Below, piece after piece: positions 7,835 through 19,282 of a stretch of 19,413 bases of DNA. Positions within the stretch are counted from its first letter, which is position 1. Every line of letters starts with the position of its first letter. This DNA is from Amoeboradix gromovi X-113. Its lineage: Eukaryota > Fungi > Sanchytriomycota. The notes below the pieces were generated by a model that saw only the letters and a program-made list of their open reading frames with translations, did not search any database and was not told where the DNA came from. The DNA lies in assembly GCA_018985225.1 (NCBI GenBank), contig JADGIF010000109.1, positions 1-19,413 on the forward strand, given 5' to 3'. The position numbers were made by a program, and so were the translations under genes.

Positions 7835-10095
7835 TTACTGCATTGATAGCTTATGTAGTAGATTAACAACGTCATCACTTGTGTCTATTCTCCATTGAGC
7901 GTTTGTAAACTTTGTACTTCCAGTCACCGCTACTGTATACACCACTACATTTGACATTTCATTATTAAATGCTGCTTTTCTGCTAGTATCAACAGACGGT
8001 GATCTTGAGGACCGTGGGGACGGATTAATGAAATTAGACAAGCTTCTAAACATATCTTCGTCGGTTTTGTCGTCTCTATATAAGTATAAAATTACCCGCA
8101 ACACATGATAAAATCACTTTCAGGATACAGTGCCAGTATCTTTTTGACCATCTCGCCTTTATTGATAGAAACAGGCCTTACTTCGAGATTCTTCTTACCA
8201 ATCAATAATTCAACGGGCATCTTTCCGCTTATACTGTTTTCCAGATGATTCTGACACTCATTCGCTTGAAATGCACCATATTCTAAATCAGCTAATCTGT
8301 AGTGCCAGGTAACGGAACATCTCTTTTGTTCTATAAAGGATCCTTGAGTTCTCTCTGTATAATATTCAAATATCTCTGTAACTTTAGTTTTCCATCCCAA
8401 ATCTATCTGAGAAATCAAATTCAGCCATTTTGTAGTGTTTGCATGTTTTACAAAACTACCGTGTTCAGCAGATAGCCCAATGTGTGGAATGTGTCCAAGG
8501 TGTTGTTCTAAGAATGCTTGATCTCTTCCACTGATGATGTAAACCAAAACATCGTCTCTAGAACACAATTTAGCTAATGAATCCAACAGGTTAGTAGTAG
8601 GTATCGCAGACTGCGGATCATTCACTATTCGTGTTAAAGTACCATCATAGTCCAGCAATAACAATCTCTTTCTTGCCTTGTTGAAAGCAGAGCACAATTC
8701 AGAACTGTTTACCTTTTCAACATTCAATCCAGCGTTGTGAACACTGGTGCATGTGATCAACATCTCATTTACAAAGTTGTTGGCCCATCTCTCACAGTTG
8801 TACCTAATCACATGGTCATACATTACTTGATGCTTGGCCTTTCGCTCTTCCAGCGGAATTTGAATAGCTTGATAAATTGAAGCAGCAACTCCAGCAAAAT
8901 CCCACGGATTAACTAGTAAGGCACCGGGTAATGATCCAGCAGTGCCGGTAAACTCTGACAAAACCAATGGTGCACGGTTATTACTTTGACATACAATGAA
9001 TTCATGTGAAGCGATATTCATACCATCTCTAATAGGAGTAAAAAGACCGACATCTGCTAGTCTCAGAAGAGCATAGTAGTCGTCATATGGAAGCATACGA
9101 TGAATGTGTAATATAGGACTAAAACTGACCGACCCATATTTACCATTAATTTTCATTACCAGGTCATTGACTTTTGACTCCAACTTTTTATCACCGGAAT
9201 TAGTCATCTGAATTAAAACAACTTTTTCATGATACTCAGGATACAGCTCCAGAAACCTTTCAAAAGCTTTTAATTTTTGCAAAACTCCCTTGTGCGCTTC
9301 TAATCTTTCTCTGCCGACTATAACTATCTTGTCTTTATACGCTTGCTTTAATTTCGTCAACTTCTCCTCTACTAGTGGATGATTGCATAACTTTTCGGTT
9401 AATGAAACATTTATACCGATTTGAAAAATACCAATATTGACATGATGGTCATGATCTATTCCCCCAGGGCTACTTTCTAGTCCCAATACACGGGTGCAGC
9501 TAGAAAGGAAATGTCTGGCATACGAATAGTTTTGAAATCCAATTAGTTGTGACCCTAAAACTCCCTCCAATAGTTCCTTACGCTGAGGTAAACTTCTAAA
9601 CAGCTCAGAGGAAGGAAAAGGCGAATGCAGAAAGAACCCTACTTTAACATTTGGGATCATTTTACGAAGAAATCCAGGAACTAGAAATAAATGATAATCA
9701 TTTATGAATACCATGTCATTTGGCTTGTAAATCTTTGCTATTTCATTTGCATACAACTGATTTACATTACAATATGCATCGTAGTACGATTTCTCCTTAA
9801 CTTGCGGAGAATATGGCTGATAATGAAGAATCTGCCAAAGTATTTGCTTACAAAATCCATGATAAAAGTCATGATGCATGTTAATATCTACATCAATATG
9901 TACCATATTTGTAGGGAGCTGCTTTGTCGGCTTAATTAAAGCATCCGAATGATCGCTAATACAGCCGACATACGAAATATCTTGAGATTTTAGCGACGCA
10001 ATCCCAGAATAGAATGCTTTATGACGAGGTTGATCTCTATAGTCCCCGTTGTGCCATTCTATCGGTAATTTATGAGAAGCGACGATGATGCTCAT
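7835..10095 (-). CDS. TPS2: Trehalose-6-phosphate phosphatase (GT20 domain plus HAD TPP domain); intron 8076-8095; start ATG at 10095, 10119 or 10149
   Basis: YHGFCKQILWQILHY, INDYHLFLVP, GFFLHSPFPSSE, LLLLDYDGTL, SAEHG and KKNLEVRP are present. Splicing restores CCGDDKTDEDMF. Confidence 0.95.
8076..8095 (-). other. 20-nt spliceosomal intron GTAATTTTATACTTATATAG
   Basis: Removing it eliminates the in-frame TAA and restores the HAD motif GDDxTDED. Confidence 0.9.
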
Positions 10096-10172
10096 GACAG
10101 TTTCAGGGAAATCAATCATACTAAACCTTTTAATTTCAGCATCCCACATTGCCTAGTCATAACCCCTTGCAG

Positions 10173-11352
10173 ATGGAGAACAAACATTGTTCAACTTCTA
10201 GTACTGCAAATATCCTACTCATCCCAGGTCCCATAGAGGTAGACAAGAGCGTACTAGTTAACGAAAGCGCAGTATCACACGTTGACCCTGCGTTTATTAA
10301 ATCATTTGGAACGACCATTAAGCTACTGAGATTATTGGTTTTGGATAATCAAGTTCAGCCTTTTGTTATCACAGCTTCAGGATCATTGGGTTGGGAAATA
10401 TTTACAAACAACTTTTTAGATGGCCATAAAACACTGGTAGTAAGTCAAGGGTATTTTGGAAGGTCGTTTCAAGAAGTATTTGAGTGCTCTGATCTACCTC
10501 ATGAGTATCTGTTTAGCGGCTATGGCAAGATTCCTTCAGTTGATGAGGTTTTAAGAGCAATGGATATAAACAATTGTACTGCCGTGACTTTTACTCATGT
10601 GGACACTTCAACAGGTGTCCGCTGCAACTTAAATGAATATGTAGGACCTATCCGCGAGAAGTTTCCAAACGCAATCATTGCTGTAGATGGTGTTTGTAGT
10701 CTCGGAGGGGAGGAGTTGGACATGAACGCGACAGATGTTGATTTTGTCATGACAGGATCTCAAAAAGCTATTGGGGGACTCGCTGGACTATCAATTTGCT
10801 GGGCATCACCACGAGCCATGGTAATTTCTACTTATTTAGAAGGTTCTTGGCAACAAAAAGAAAATATCTTCGTATTATGCAAATCTTCAGAGGTGGCTGC
10901 CGATACACCAAGCATATGAAGAAGGTCGACCGTCCTACTACTGCACGCCTGCCGTGAATACTATCATGGCATTAGAATCGGCTCTAAGAGTTGTTTTTCG
11001 CATGAGCAAAACCGACGATTTGCCTACATTGGAAGAGGCTAGAAGCATAATGAAAAAGAGATGGCAGGACCACAAAGATACTGCTGATGCATTCAGATCA
11101 GCTATTAAACAATGTGGACTAAAGTTAATTCCTGAAACAGATCATATCGCTGCAAATACTTTATCTGCAGTATACTCCGCGCCTTTTAATTTGCCTGAAA
11201 TTATTAAAGGCTCCAAAGATAATGGGTTTATTATAGCTGGTGGTTTACTTAAGAACGTCGATCCATATTTTAGAGTTGGGCATATGGGACAATCTATTTA
11301 TTTAGGCCACGTTCTCAAGTACACTCATCTTCTGTCTAAGATCTTAAAATAA
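10173..11352 (+). CDS. AGX1: Alanine-glyoxylate aminotransferase (class V PLP enzyme); intron 10821-10839
   Basis: LLIPGPIE, SHVDP.F, THVDTSTGV, VDGVCSLGGE and TGSQKA (PLP lysine) are present. After splicing it continues YYANLQRWLPI..AYE.GRPSYY.TPAVN...FRVGHMG. Confidence 0.93.
10821..10839 (+). other. 19-nt spliceosomal intron GTAATTTCTACTTATTTAG (tandem AAG acceptor would give 22 nt)
   Basis: Removing it joins ORF 10149-10919 to the frame of ORF 10954-11352 and restores conserved AGX1 sequence. Confidence 0.9.
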
Positions 11353-11634
11353 ACTATTTTATACGCATAAACTAAAAAAGTCTAGCACATACTCTGTGAA
11401 ATTGAATTACATTCCAGAAGAAATCTAAAGTTACATTAGAGTACCAATTTGAAGAAGTCTGGGATTGACATTTCAAGTTCTACTGATTTATGACAAGAGA
11501 TCTAAAAACAGTTCAGAAAGAAGAAAGTTAGCCAAAAGATTAATGAGTATAATGGACAAAATACAACATGATAGATTAGTATTCCTGACTCTGCTTCAAT
11601 AATAAGAACAGAAGGATAATATGACCTTACTTCT

Positions 11635-11705
11635 TCTCAATGAGGTCCTAGTTTTCTAAAAAATCAAGAATTTTCATAGAGAAACCGACAAAGCCAGTCA
11701 CTCCT
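11635..11705 (-). repeat. Degenerate copy of the Fanzor right-end module, 3' half
   Basis: gtcctagttttctaaaaaatcaagaattttcatagagaaac versus the reverse complement of copy 1, gtcctgatttcctacaaaatcgagaatttccacagagaaac. Confidence 0.75.
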
Positions 11706-11760
11706 TTTTGTAGAATGAGTCCCACCTCGGTTTTGCATCTTTAAAAAAAGAGGAGTCGGT

Positions 11761-13983
11761 ATGATGCAGCGTGTACTTGGAAAAGCTGTTGCGACAATAT
11801 CAAGGTCGCCTAGCCTATACTCACTGCCCAGTCTATCGCAGTCGATGTCAGCTGAAGATATCAAGTTTTTATCCAGATCTTTACTAGCCAGAGGATTTGG
11901 CAAAATGGAAGAGAAACAACGTAAAAATCAGAAGCCTAAGAGTGGCAAGGATGAAGGAGAGCAGAATTCAAAGAAACCCATAACGGACAATATATTCGGA
12001 AAAGATGCCAAAGATGTTAAGAAGCTCTTTGAAATGAGGTTTGAATTCCCTGGTGGCGGTAAAGGCGGCCCAAATCCCAAATCTAAAAACAACTGGTGGC
12101 TACCAGTAGCCATCCTAATGCTTTTGGTTTTATCTAACTCTAGTGGCATGTCTAATGCTCAAGAGACTACATGGCTACAATTTAAAACTAACATTTTGCC
12201 AAATTCTCAGGTTTCTAAGATTGTGGTGGTAAACAAGAATGTGGTATTAGTCTATCAGCAAGGCAATGCTCTACCTTCCTACTTTTTCAACATTGGATCT
12301 GTGGAAACGTTTGAATTCAATTTACAGCAAGCAATTAGAGAGCTGCAAATCTCGCCAGTTCCTGTTTCTTATAAAAGCCAAGTAAACTGGGGTGGGCTAT
12401 TGCTATCACTAGCTCCTACGGCTCTGCTCTTTGGTGGCTTATACTGGCTATCTAGACGTGCTTCTAGTATGGGTAGTTCTGCGGGTCCAGGTGGTGCTAG
12501 CAATATATTCTCAATTGGCAAATCAAAAGCTAAGATGTTTAACCAAGAGAATGATGTCAAGGTGACATTTAAAGATGTAGCTGGATGCGACGAGGCTAAA
12601 GAGGAAATAATGGAATTTGTCAAGTTTTTAAGGGAACCTGAAAGATTCACTAAATTGGGAGCAAAGATTCCACGTGGCGCAATCCTTTCGGGTCCTCCAG
12701 GTACTGGTAAGACATTGCTAGCCAAGGCAACTGCTGGGGAAGCGAAAGTCGCTTTCTATTCTGTGAGCGGGTCTGAATTTGTTGAGATGTTTGTAGGTGT
12801 CGGCAGTGCCCGTGTTCGTGATCTATTTGATAACGCAAGAAAGAATACACCTTGCATTATCTTTCTTGATGAAATAGATGCAATTGGTAAAGCCAGGGGT
12901 AGAGGTGCGCAGTTTGGAGGCAACGATGAGAGAGAGTCTACATTGAACCAACTCTTGGTCGAGATGGATGGATTTGAGGAGAGAGAGCAGGTAGTCGTAT
13001 TGGCTGGCACAAATAGACCAGATGTATTAGATGCTGCACTAATGCGACCTGGTAGGTTTGACAGACAGATAGTTATAGACAAGCCTGATATTAAAGGTAG
13101 AGAAGCCATTTTTAAGGTTCATTTAACCCCAATTAAAACCGGTATAGACACCAATAAGGTAGAAGTAGCAAGAAGGCTGGCAGCAATGACTCCTGGATTT
13201 AGTGGAGCGGACATTGCAAATGTGTGCAATGAAGCAGCATTAATAGCTGCTCGTAAAAATGCGTCATCTGTTATTGACAAACATTTTGAAGCGGCCATAG
13301 ATCGAGTTATTGCCGGTCTAGAAAAGAAGAATAAATTATTGAGCCCAAAGGAAAAGAAGATTGTGGCATATCACGAAGCAGGCCATGCTGTGGCAGGATG
13401 GTTTTTAGAACATGCAGATCCATTATTAAAAGTGTCTATAATCCCACGTGGTAGCGGAACTTTAGGGTTTGCTCAATATCTTCCAAAAGATCAATATCTT
13501 TACTCGACTGAACAACTGGAAGACAGGATGTGCATGACTCTTGCAGGTAGAGTTACCGAAGAATTATTTTTCAAATCTATTACAACTGGGGCTCAAGATG
13601 ATTTGCAAAAAGTAACTAAAGTCGCATATTCCATCGTAACTTCATTTGGGATGAATAGTAAGGTGGGAAAGCTTTCATACTATACACAGCAAGATGACAA
13701 GACACAGCAGTTTCAGAAACCATTCTCTGAGGCTACATCAACTATGATTGATGAAGAAGTTAGGAAGTTAGTTGACAATGCTTATCTTAGAACGACTGAA
13801 CTTCTGAACAAGCACAAAGATGATGTAGAGAAAGTGGCACAGGTTTTGTTAGAAAAGGAAGTCATTGGAAGGGAAACAATCATTGAACTGTTAGGAGATC
13901 GACCATTTGAGAAAGATCGTACATTTGAAGATTACATTAGTGGAAAACACGATATACATGGCGAAAAGGAGGAAAAAAAATAA
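11761..13983 (+). CDS. AFG3: Mitochondrial m-AAA protease subunit (Afg3/Yta12, FtsH family)
   Basis: Presequence-like N-terminus, two TM segments, [11 protein letters not shown], Walker A GPPGTGKT, Walker [17 protein letters not shown] zinc motif and [11 protein letters not shown]3 versus YTA12 is not resolved. Confidence 0.93.
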   Translation: MMQRVLGKAVATISRSPSLYSLPSLSQSMSAEDIKFLSRSLLARGFGKMEEKQRKNQKPKSGKDEGEQNSKKPITDNIFGKDAKDVKKLFEMRFEFPGGGKGGPNPKSKNNWWLPVAILMLLVLSNSSGMSNAQETTWLQFKTNILPNSQVSKIVVVNKNVVLVYQQGNALPSYFFNIGSVETFEFNLQQAIRELQISPVPVSYKSQVNWGGLLLSLAPTALLFGGLYWLSRRASSMGSSAGPGGASNIFSIGKSKAKMFNQENDVKVTFKDVAGCDEAKEEIMEFVKFLREPERFTKLGAKIPRGAILSGPPGTGKTLLAKATAGEAKVAFYSVSGSEFVEMFVGVGSARVRDLFDNARKNTPCIIFLDEIDAIGKARGRGAQFGGNDERESTLNQLLVEMDGFEEREQVVVLAGTNRPDVLDAALMRPGRFDRQIVIDKPDIKGREAIFKVHLTPIKTGIDTNKVEVARRLAAMTPGFSGADIANVCNEAALIAARKNASSVIDKHFEAAIDRVIAGLEKKNKLLSPKEKKIVAYHEAGHAVAGWFLEHADPLLKVSIIPRGSGTLGFAQYLPKDQYLYSTEQLEDRMCMTLAGRVTEELFFKSITTGAQDDLQKVTKVAYSIVTSFGMNSKVGKLSYYTQQDDKTQQFQKPFSEATSTMIDEEVRKLVDNAYLRTTELLNKHKDDVEKVAQVLLEKEVIGRETIIELLGDRPFEKDRTFEDYISGKHDIHGEKEEKK

Positions 13984-14088
13984 GTAAATCTTTTAATTTT
14001 AGCTATTTTTGTTACTTTTTGCCAGATGAACGCAATTTGAGTAAAAACGTGCTTAATCATGACAAGGATTCATTACCCCCTACAACAA

Positions 14089-15184
14089 ATGGAAGAATTA
14101 TCGCTCAAGAAGCACTATTTCACGTTGGGACATTCTAATCTAAGAGTGAGCCCAATTTGCTTAGGAACCATGAACATGGGAAACTCGGAAACTCAGATTC
14201 CATGGGCCAAGGATGAAGCAACATCCATAGGTATCTTGGATTCATACTACAAGCATGGTGGCAACTTTATTGACACGGCAAATCTTTACACTTCAGGAGA
14301 ATCTGAAAAGATCATTGGAAAGTTTATGAAGAGCCACGATAATCGCGATGATATTGTGTTGGCAACTAAGTTCACAGGCAAAGTGAAGAAGATTGCCTCA
14401 AACCATGTAGGGAATGGAAGAAAAAACTTAATGAGATCTTTGGAAGAGTCGTTGGAGAGATTGCAAACTGATTTCATTGATTTGTACTACATGCACTGGT
14501 GGGATAGTATGAGTGATCCTGTCGAAGTGATGCGCAGTTTAGATATTCTGGTACAGTCAGGAAAGGTGGGATATGTCGGTTTGTCAGATTGCCCAGCTTG
14601 GTTCATCAGCAGATGCCAGTCCTTGGCTATGCAGCATGGATATGAGAGAATAGCCGCCATTCAATTGGAATACAGTTTGGTAGAAAGAAACATCGAAATG
14701 GAATACATTGACATGGCGAAGTATTATAATACAGCAGTTATCCCATGGTCACCTTTAGCCGGAGGGTATTTTACATTTATATAGTTTCTTGACTGGTAAG
14801 CAATCAAAAGAAAAATTGCAAGGCAGATTAGCAACTGGCACTTATCAGGGATTCGAAAGAAATAATAAAAAGTGGGAGATCTTAGACACTTTAAAGCAAG
14901 TAGCAAAGAAAGTGGGTAGATCTGAAGCTGATGTTGCCTTTAACTGGGCACTAAAGAGACCAGCCATTACTAGTATTATCATGGGAGCATCTTCGGTTCA
15001 GCAGTTAGAGGCCAATGTGAAAGCAGTGGAGTTTACGATTCCAAGTGAGCAGTTAAAGGAATTAAACGAAGTGTCTGAGCCAGCTAGAGGCGCGCCGTAT
15101 ACGTTCTTTACCAAGGACTCGTTTGCTAGTAAAATGACTTATGGTGATAATCTAGTCGTAGATAAGCATCCAAAATGGTGGTAA
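14089..15184 (+). CDS. Aldo-keto reductase (aryl-alcohol dehydrogenase-like); intron 14766-14784; start ATG at 14089 or 14059
   Basis: LRVSPICLGTM, GGNFIDTANLY, LATK, SLERLQTDFIDLYYMH and QLEYSLVER are present. Splicing restores PWSPLAGGFLTGK. Confidence 0.93.
14766..14784 (+). other. 19-nt spliceosomal intron GTATTTTACATTTATATAG
   Basis: Removing it eliminates the TAG and restores SPLAGGFLTGK. Confidence 0.9.
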
Positions 15185-15738
15185 AGAATAAATTTCTTTT
15201 TTAAACTTACAATTTTGCACGCGAATTACCTAAGCAAAACTGTAACAATTCGTAAGGCAAATATCCCAAAAGCTAGAGCTATTGAAGCATTAATTTCCCA
15301 AATTTTATCGCATATGTTTTAGCTGACACCTACTAGTTACTAATTTCTTTTTTCTACCATAGCTCTTTTGTCATTGCTTGGTAGTCGTTTTATGATTTGA
15401 AGATTGTTGTAGCACTTATTCACATTTTATCGACGGCTGCATCAGGTCGGTATATTGGCATAACCTTTAATCTCTACGAGATCGCTAAATGTCATAATGT
15501 AATGGTTCCAAATCAAAGCTTAACAGGTCTTTGAGTGTTCCGTACTATAGATAGCTTCTTTGTTTTCTTTTGGCTATGAACGTACCACCATTGCAGCTAA
15601 ATGTGTAAACTTAACTGGCAGTGAGATCAACCTGTTTCGCTTAACGAACTAGTATAGGATGCGTCATATGTATTATGTTTTATAGTAGTTTGCTATGTAA
15701 TTCCGAAAACGAGGCAGACCTTTCTGTGACGTTATTTA

Positions 15739-18700
15739 TTAAAATGAATGCCTTCTTCTAGTCTTGCTCGTCTTTGATGTCTTGTTACTTCCCGTTAATC
15801 TATCCCAAGTTCCATCGATCTTCCATTCTACTATTATCTGTTTCCCATACTCATAACCATATTCATATATTTCATCAAACTTATGAAAATCCAATGTTCT
15901 ATATTGCTGAACATCAGGCTTTAGATATATGCAGTTCGGCATTTTCTTAACCATTTCCAATTGTTTTACACTGCTGACATATGCTAGCCTACTCTGTATC
16001 TCTGCTAGGTTTGGTATCTTTTGCCTAGCAAAGGGGTTCCATCTGTTCACTACTACCTCAAAACCGCTTAAGCTGTCTCCATAATGAACTGCTCTCGTAT
16101 CATCCTCTGCACCCACATCTACCGCTATTATGGTATCAATCCCCATCTCTCTCATTATATCTGCTGGTAAATTATTGCAATACCCTCCATCTAGCAGTAA
16201 ATTGCCGTTATCTGAGACTGGTGGTACAAACCCACTCAAACTCATACTTGCTCGTATATATCTCCACGCATATCCTCGCTGATGTATTTCCAGTTTAGAA
16301 TGAGTTATATTCGTAGTTACTGCAAAGTAGTTGATCCAAAAATCTTCTATTTGTGTGTTCTGGAATTCTTTCCATAGTCCTCTGTTAAACTCATGTCCAG
16401 TAAAGTAAGCAGTTATAGGATACGTTAGGTCAAAAAGCTTACGCCAAATCGAACTCATTCTTCCGCTAAAACTCTTTGCTTTACCATACGCAGGAAGAAA
16501 TACACCATTCTTGGCATACAAGCCGCCAATAAACGCACCAATGCTAGTTCCTCCTATTCCATCTATAGGTATCCCTGCTTCCTCCAATGCTCTCAATATC
16601 CCCAAATGTGATATACCTCGAGCTCCGCCACCACCCAACACTATCCCAATACTTTTGCCACTTAAGCCCCGTGCCAATCTTCTAAAATCGTATTGATCGC
16701 CTATGTTTATAGGACTAGTCGATAGGTCGTTTAATATATATCTTGTGTACACACGTTGTAACTGATCCTTGAGTGCATGTAACGGATTGTCACTCTCGCT
16801 CTTACTGCTGTCGGCTAATTTCATTTCTATATGATGATGAGCATGTATCCATGGCCTATTGTTCAGCCACCATGATGTGCTGCAACTGTCTACGAATTTC
16901 GTATTGTGTATCAACACTAATTCTTTTCTTGCAGTGGTCTTAATTGCCAGAAAGTACCTTTCGAAATCACTCACACTGCTATGATCATTACTTATAGCTA
17001 TCAATAAACAACAGTCTGCCTGACTAATGCATCTTTGGTTCCATTGAGAATGAGTGTTACCATCTCCAATAAACAACACAATATCGTAATCTTCTTCCAA
17101 ACTACTCAACCAGTTACTTAATTTTAATGTTCCATATTTGCTGAATGCATGTTTACCCAGCAATGACAGCACTTTACTTCTGGTCAATAATACTGATTTC
17201 AAATCTAAGAAATCAAATGCTTCTTTAAGTTTAAATGAAAAGACATCAGTAGGTACATTATTTATTGGGAGTATCGCTACTGTTTTCAATTTACATGCCG
17301 TTGTTGGTGTGGGTGAGCTAAACATATTGTTTGCCATTTTAACTATAATTTGAGGGTTTATGGTACTTATGGATCTGAACAATGATCTAGGCAGTCTAGC
17401 TATATCGGAATCCCTAATGGCATGCATATTATGACTTCTTTTACTATTGGTAAGCACTTCAATTTCGCCCACTCTGTCTTGCGCTCCGTATTCCCTGTGA
17501 ATGTGAATATTATTGTTTTCATCCTTTGTATATGTACGCACTCTACCATTCAGTATTATGTATATAGCATCCGATTCATCACCTTGTTTGTAAATTATAT
17601 GACCAGCCTCTGCTTGCTGCCACTCTAGCGCAAAGTCAATTTGGAATATAATGGATGGTAAGCAGTTTAATATTCTTTTACTGATAGCTAGCACACTAGT
17701 CGGATATTGGTCCATCAACCGCTCTACGCGCGATTTACTGATAAACCCTACGTAAACAACAGTTTCAGCATGCAAGGTTGCTGTTGATTTAAACCCAACA
17801 AAGCTTTCTAGATAACCGATAATACTACCGTTCTTATAGTTAATAGTTTTAATAATAGGATTGTCCAGGTCATCTTCATTACTGCTGTAGCTGGCCGTTA
17901 CAATGCCGTCAAGTATTAGATATATACCAGGCATTGTAAAGCCATGCTCTACCAGTATCTCATCCTCTTCAAATCGAAGTATTTCGACGCAGTTGTTAGG
18001 ATTATCAAACACAGCAGATGCAGCACTACTAGGAGGATATTGACTAACAGCACTACTAGTAGGTGTGCTACTCTGCAGTGGTGTATTAGGAATAGAATTA
18101 GTATCATTATTATTTGGAGTACTGCTAATTGGGGAAAACATGTCCAATCTCTTTTTGATTTCATCGAACACATCTTCTTTCAAGTACTGAAATGAGCTAG
18201 CATATGGGGGACTATCCAAATCATCTCTAGCGGAATTAAAATGGATACCCATGTAAGGGGTGATTGGTGTAGTAGGCTCGCTGTAAGGGTAGTCTGTGAT
18301 TGACTTGTCGGTACATCTACGTAGTAGCTCCAGTTTGCCATCATTCAGCATAGTAGGAGGTAGCAGGCTGCTGGTAATCTTATTTAAATAGATGGCTATA
18401 TCGTGGAGTTCATTCTCACATCCGAAGTAGTTTGCTAACGTTAAGTTTGTTACTCGCTGAAAACGAGTTAGAATAACAAGTGCAATTTGAGCAGCTGCTT
18501 TAGGAAACTTGTCGCTCAAGTTATAGAATGCATCACTAGGTATCACTATCAATGTAGTGTCTTGAGATGCCTGAGCCACAAGGCTTGTCAGACTATTAAT
18601 CACATTGTTATCAACTTTGTCTTTTTCACCACTTTGAACTAGTAGTGATAATAATGTGAAAAATGAAGATACAGTACCACCGCTGGTTACTTTGTGAAGC

Positions 18701-19137
18701 AGCAGCTGACCAGGGCGATCGCTTTTAAGACCAGGAGGGCAGTTGATATAAACATTGATACAGCCAGTAACAACCATGTAGAAATTATGAGGATTATAAC
18801 TACTTGATTCATGGAACAAATAATCGTTCTCAACCAGCCGAATTGTTGAAAGTCGTTTTGACAGTTCATTAAAAATTGGTTGTTCCAGATATCCAAATAG
18901 CTTAATACTGCTAAGAAAAGTGCCAAGAAGTTCATCGGGATAGACAATAGACTTATCAGGCTCATCGGTTATTAATCCTTCCAAAGTAAAATTAGATTTT
19001 TCTTGCGCAATTGGAGGAAGTCTTTCATATTGATTTAACCATGTGTATCTGACTACATAGTATATAAGCCATGTAGTTCCAATTAGTATAGCTGTAATTG
19101 TAGTCAAGCTAAGGTTTAATGTAATCGTAAAAAACAT
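15739..19137 (-). CDS. NTE1: Lysophospholipase NTE1 / neuropathy target esterase
   Basis: N-terminal TM segment, cyclic-nucleotide-binding-like domains, and a patatin domain with GGGGARG, GTSIG and DGG. Confidence 0.97.
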   Translation of the reverse strand: MFFTITLNLSLTTITAILIGTTWLIYYVVRYTWLNQYERLPPIAQEKSNFTLEGLITDEPDKSIVYPDELLGTFLSSIKLFGYLEQPIFNELSKRLSTIRLVENDYLFHESSSYNPHNFYMVVTGCINVYINCPPGLKSDRPGQLLLHKVTSGGTVSSFFTLLSLLVQSGEKDKVDNNVINSLTSLVAQASQDTTLIVIPSDAFYNLSDKFPKAAAQIALVILTRFQRVTNLTLANYFGCENELHDIAIYLNKITSSLLPPTMLNDGKLELLRRCTDKSITDYPYSEPTTPITPYMGIHFNSARDDLDSPPYASSFQYLKEDVFDEIKKRLDMFSPISSTPNNNDTNSIPNTPLQSSTPTSSAVSQYPPSSAASAVFDNPNNCVEILRFEEDEILVEHGFTMPGIYLILDGIVTASYSSNEDDLDNPIIKTINYKNGSIIGYLESFVGFKSTATLHAETVVYVGFISKSRVERLMDQYPTSVLAISKRILNCLPSIIFQIDFALEWQQAEAGHIIYKQGDESDAIYIILNGRVRTYTKDENNNIHIHREYGAQDRVGEIEVLTNSKRSHNMHAIRDSDIARLPRSLFRSISTINPQIIVKMANNMFSSPTPTTACKLKTVAILPINNVPTDVFSFKLKEAFDFLDLKSVLLTRSKVLSLLGKHAFSKYGTLKLSNWLSSLEEDYDIVLFIGDGNTHSQWNQRCISQADCCLLIAISNDHSSVSDFERYFLAIKTTARKELVLIHNTKFVDSCSTSWWLNNRPWIHAHHHIEMKLADSSKSESDNPLHALKDQLQRVYTRYILNDLSTSPINIGDQYDFRRLARGLSGKSIGIVLGGGGARGISHLGILRALEEAGIPIDGIGGTSIGAFIGGLYAKNGVFLPAYGKAKSFSGRMSSIWRKLFDLTYPITAYFTGHEFNRGLWKEFQNTQIEDFWINYFAVTTNITHSKLEIHQRGYAWRYIRASMSLSGFVPPVSDNGNLLLDGGYCNNLPADIMREMGIDTIIAVDVGAEDDTRAVHYGDSLSGFEVVVNRWNPFARQKIPNLAEIQSRLAYVSSVKQLEMVKKMPNCIYLKPDVQQYRTLDFHKFDEIYEYGYEYGKQIIVEWKIDGTWDRLTGSNKTSKTSKTRRRHSF

Positions 19138-19282
19138 GACTCCTGTTTCTAAATTTCGACAAAAAATATAGAAAGAAATAGCATTTCAGACTGGACAAGT
19201 CCTTGCAAGCATAATAAGTTATGCACTGGTTTGCGTAAAATACTTTAGCATTAAAGTGTTGAGATAATGCTTCTTTAACTTC

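Noticed and set aside
7835-15184. Split ORFs interpreted as pseudogenes, frameshifts or a non-standard genetic code
   Set aside because: Each break is resolved exactly by a GT-AG mini-intron, and TAA/TGA act as ordinary stops at gene ends.
15193-15734. Large intergenic gap that might hold another element; contains ttaacga near 15641
   Set aside because: No alignment to the right-end module beyond 7 nt and no convincing protein motif.
11664-18965. Short antisense or alternate-frame ORFs overlapping AFG3, AKR and NTE1 (also within TPS2, YTM1 and PCT1)
   Set aside because: These are shadow ORFs of conserved genes with no independent motifs.
19205-19272. Small hairpins upstream of NTE1 (gcataa-taag-ttatgc; acttta-gcat-taaagt)
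   Set aside because: Six-bp AT-rich stems are expected by chance, and there are no tRNA or snoRNA hallmarks.
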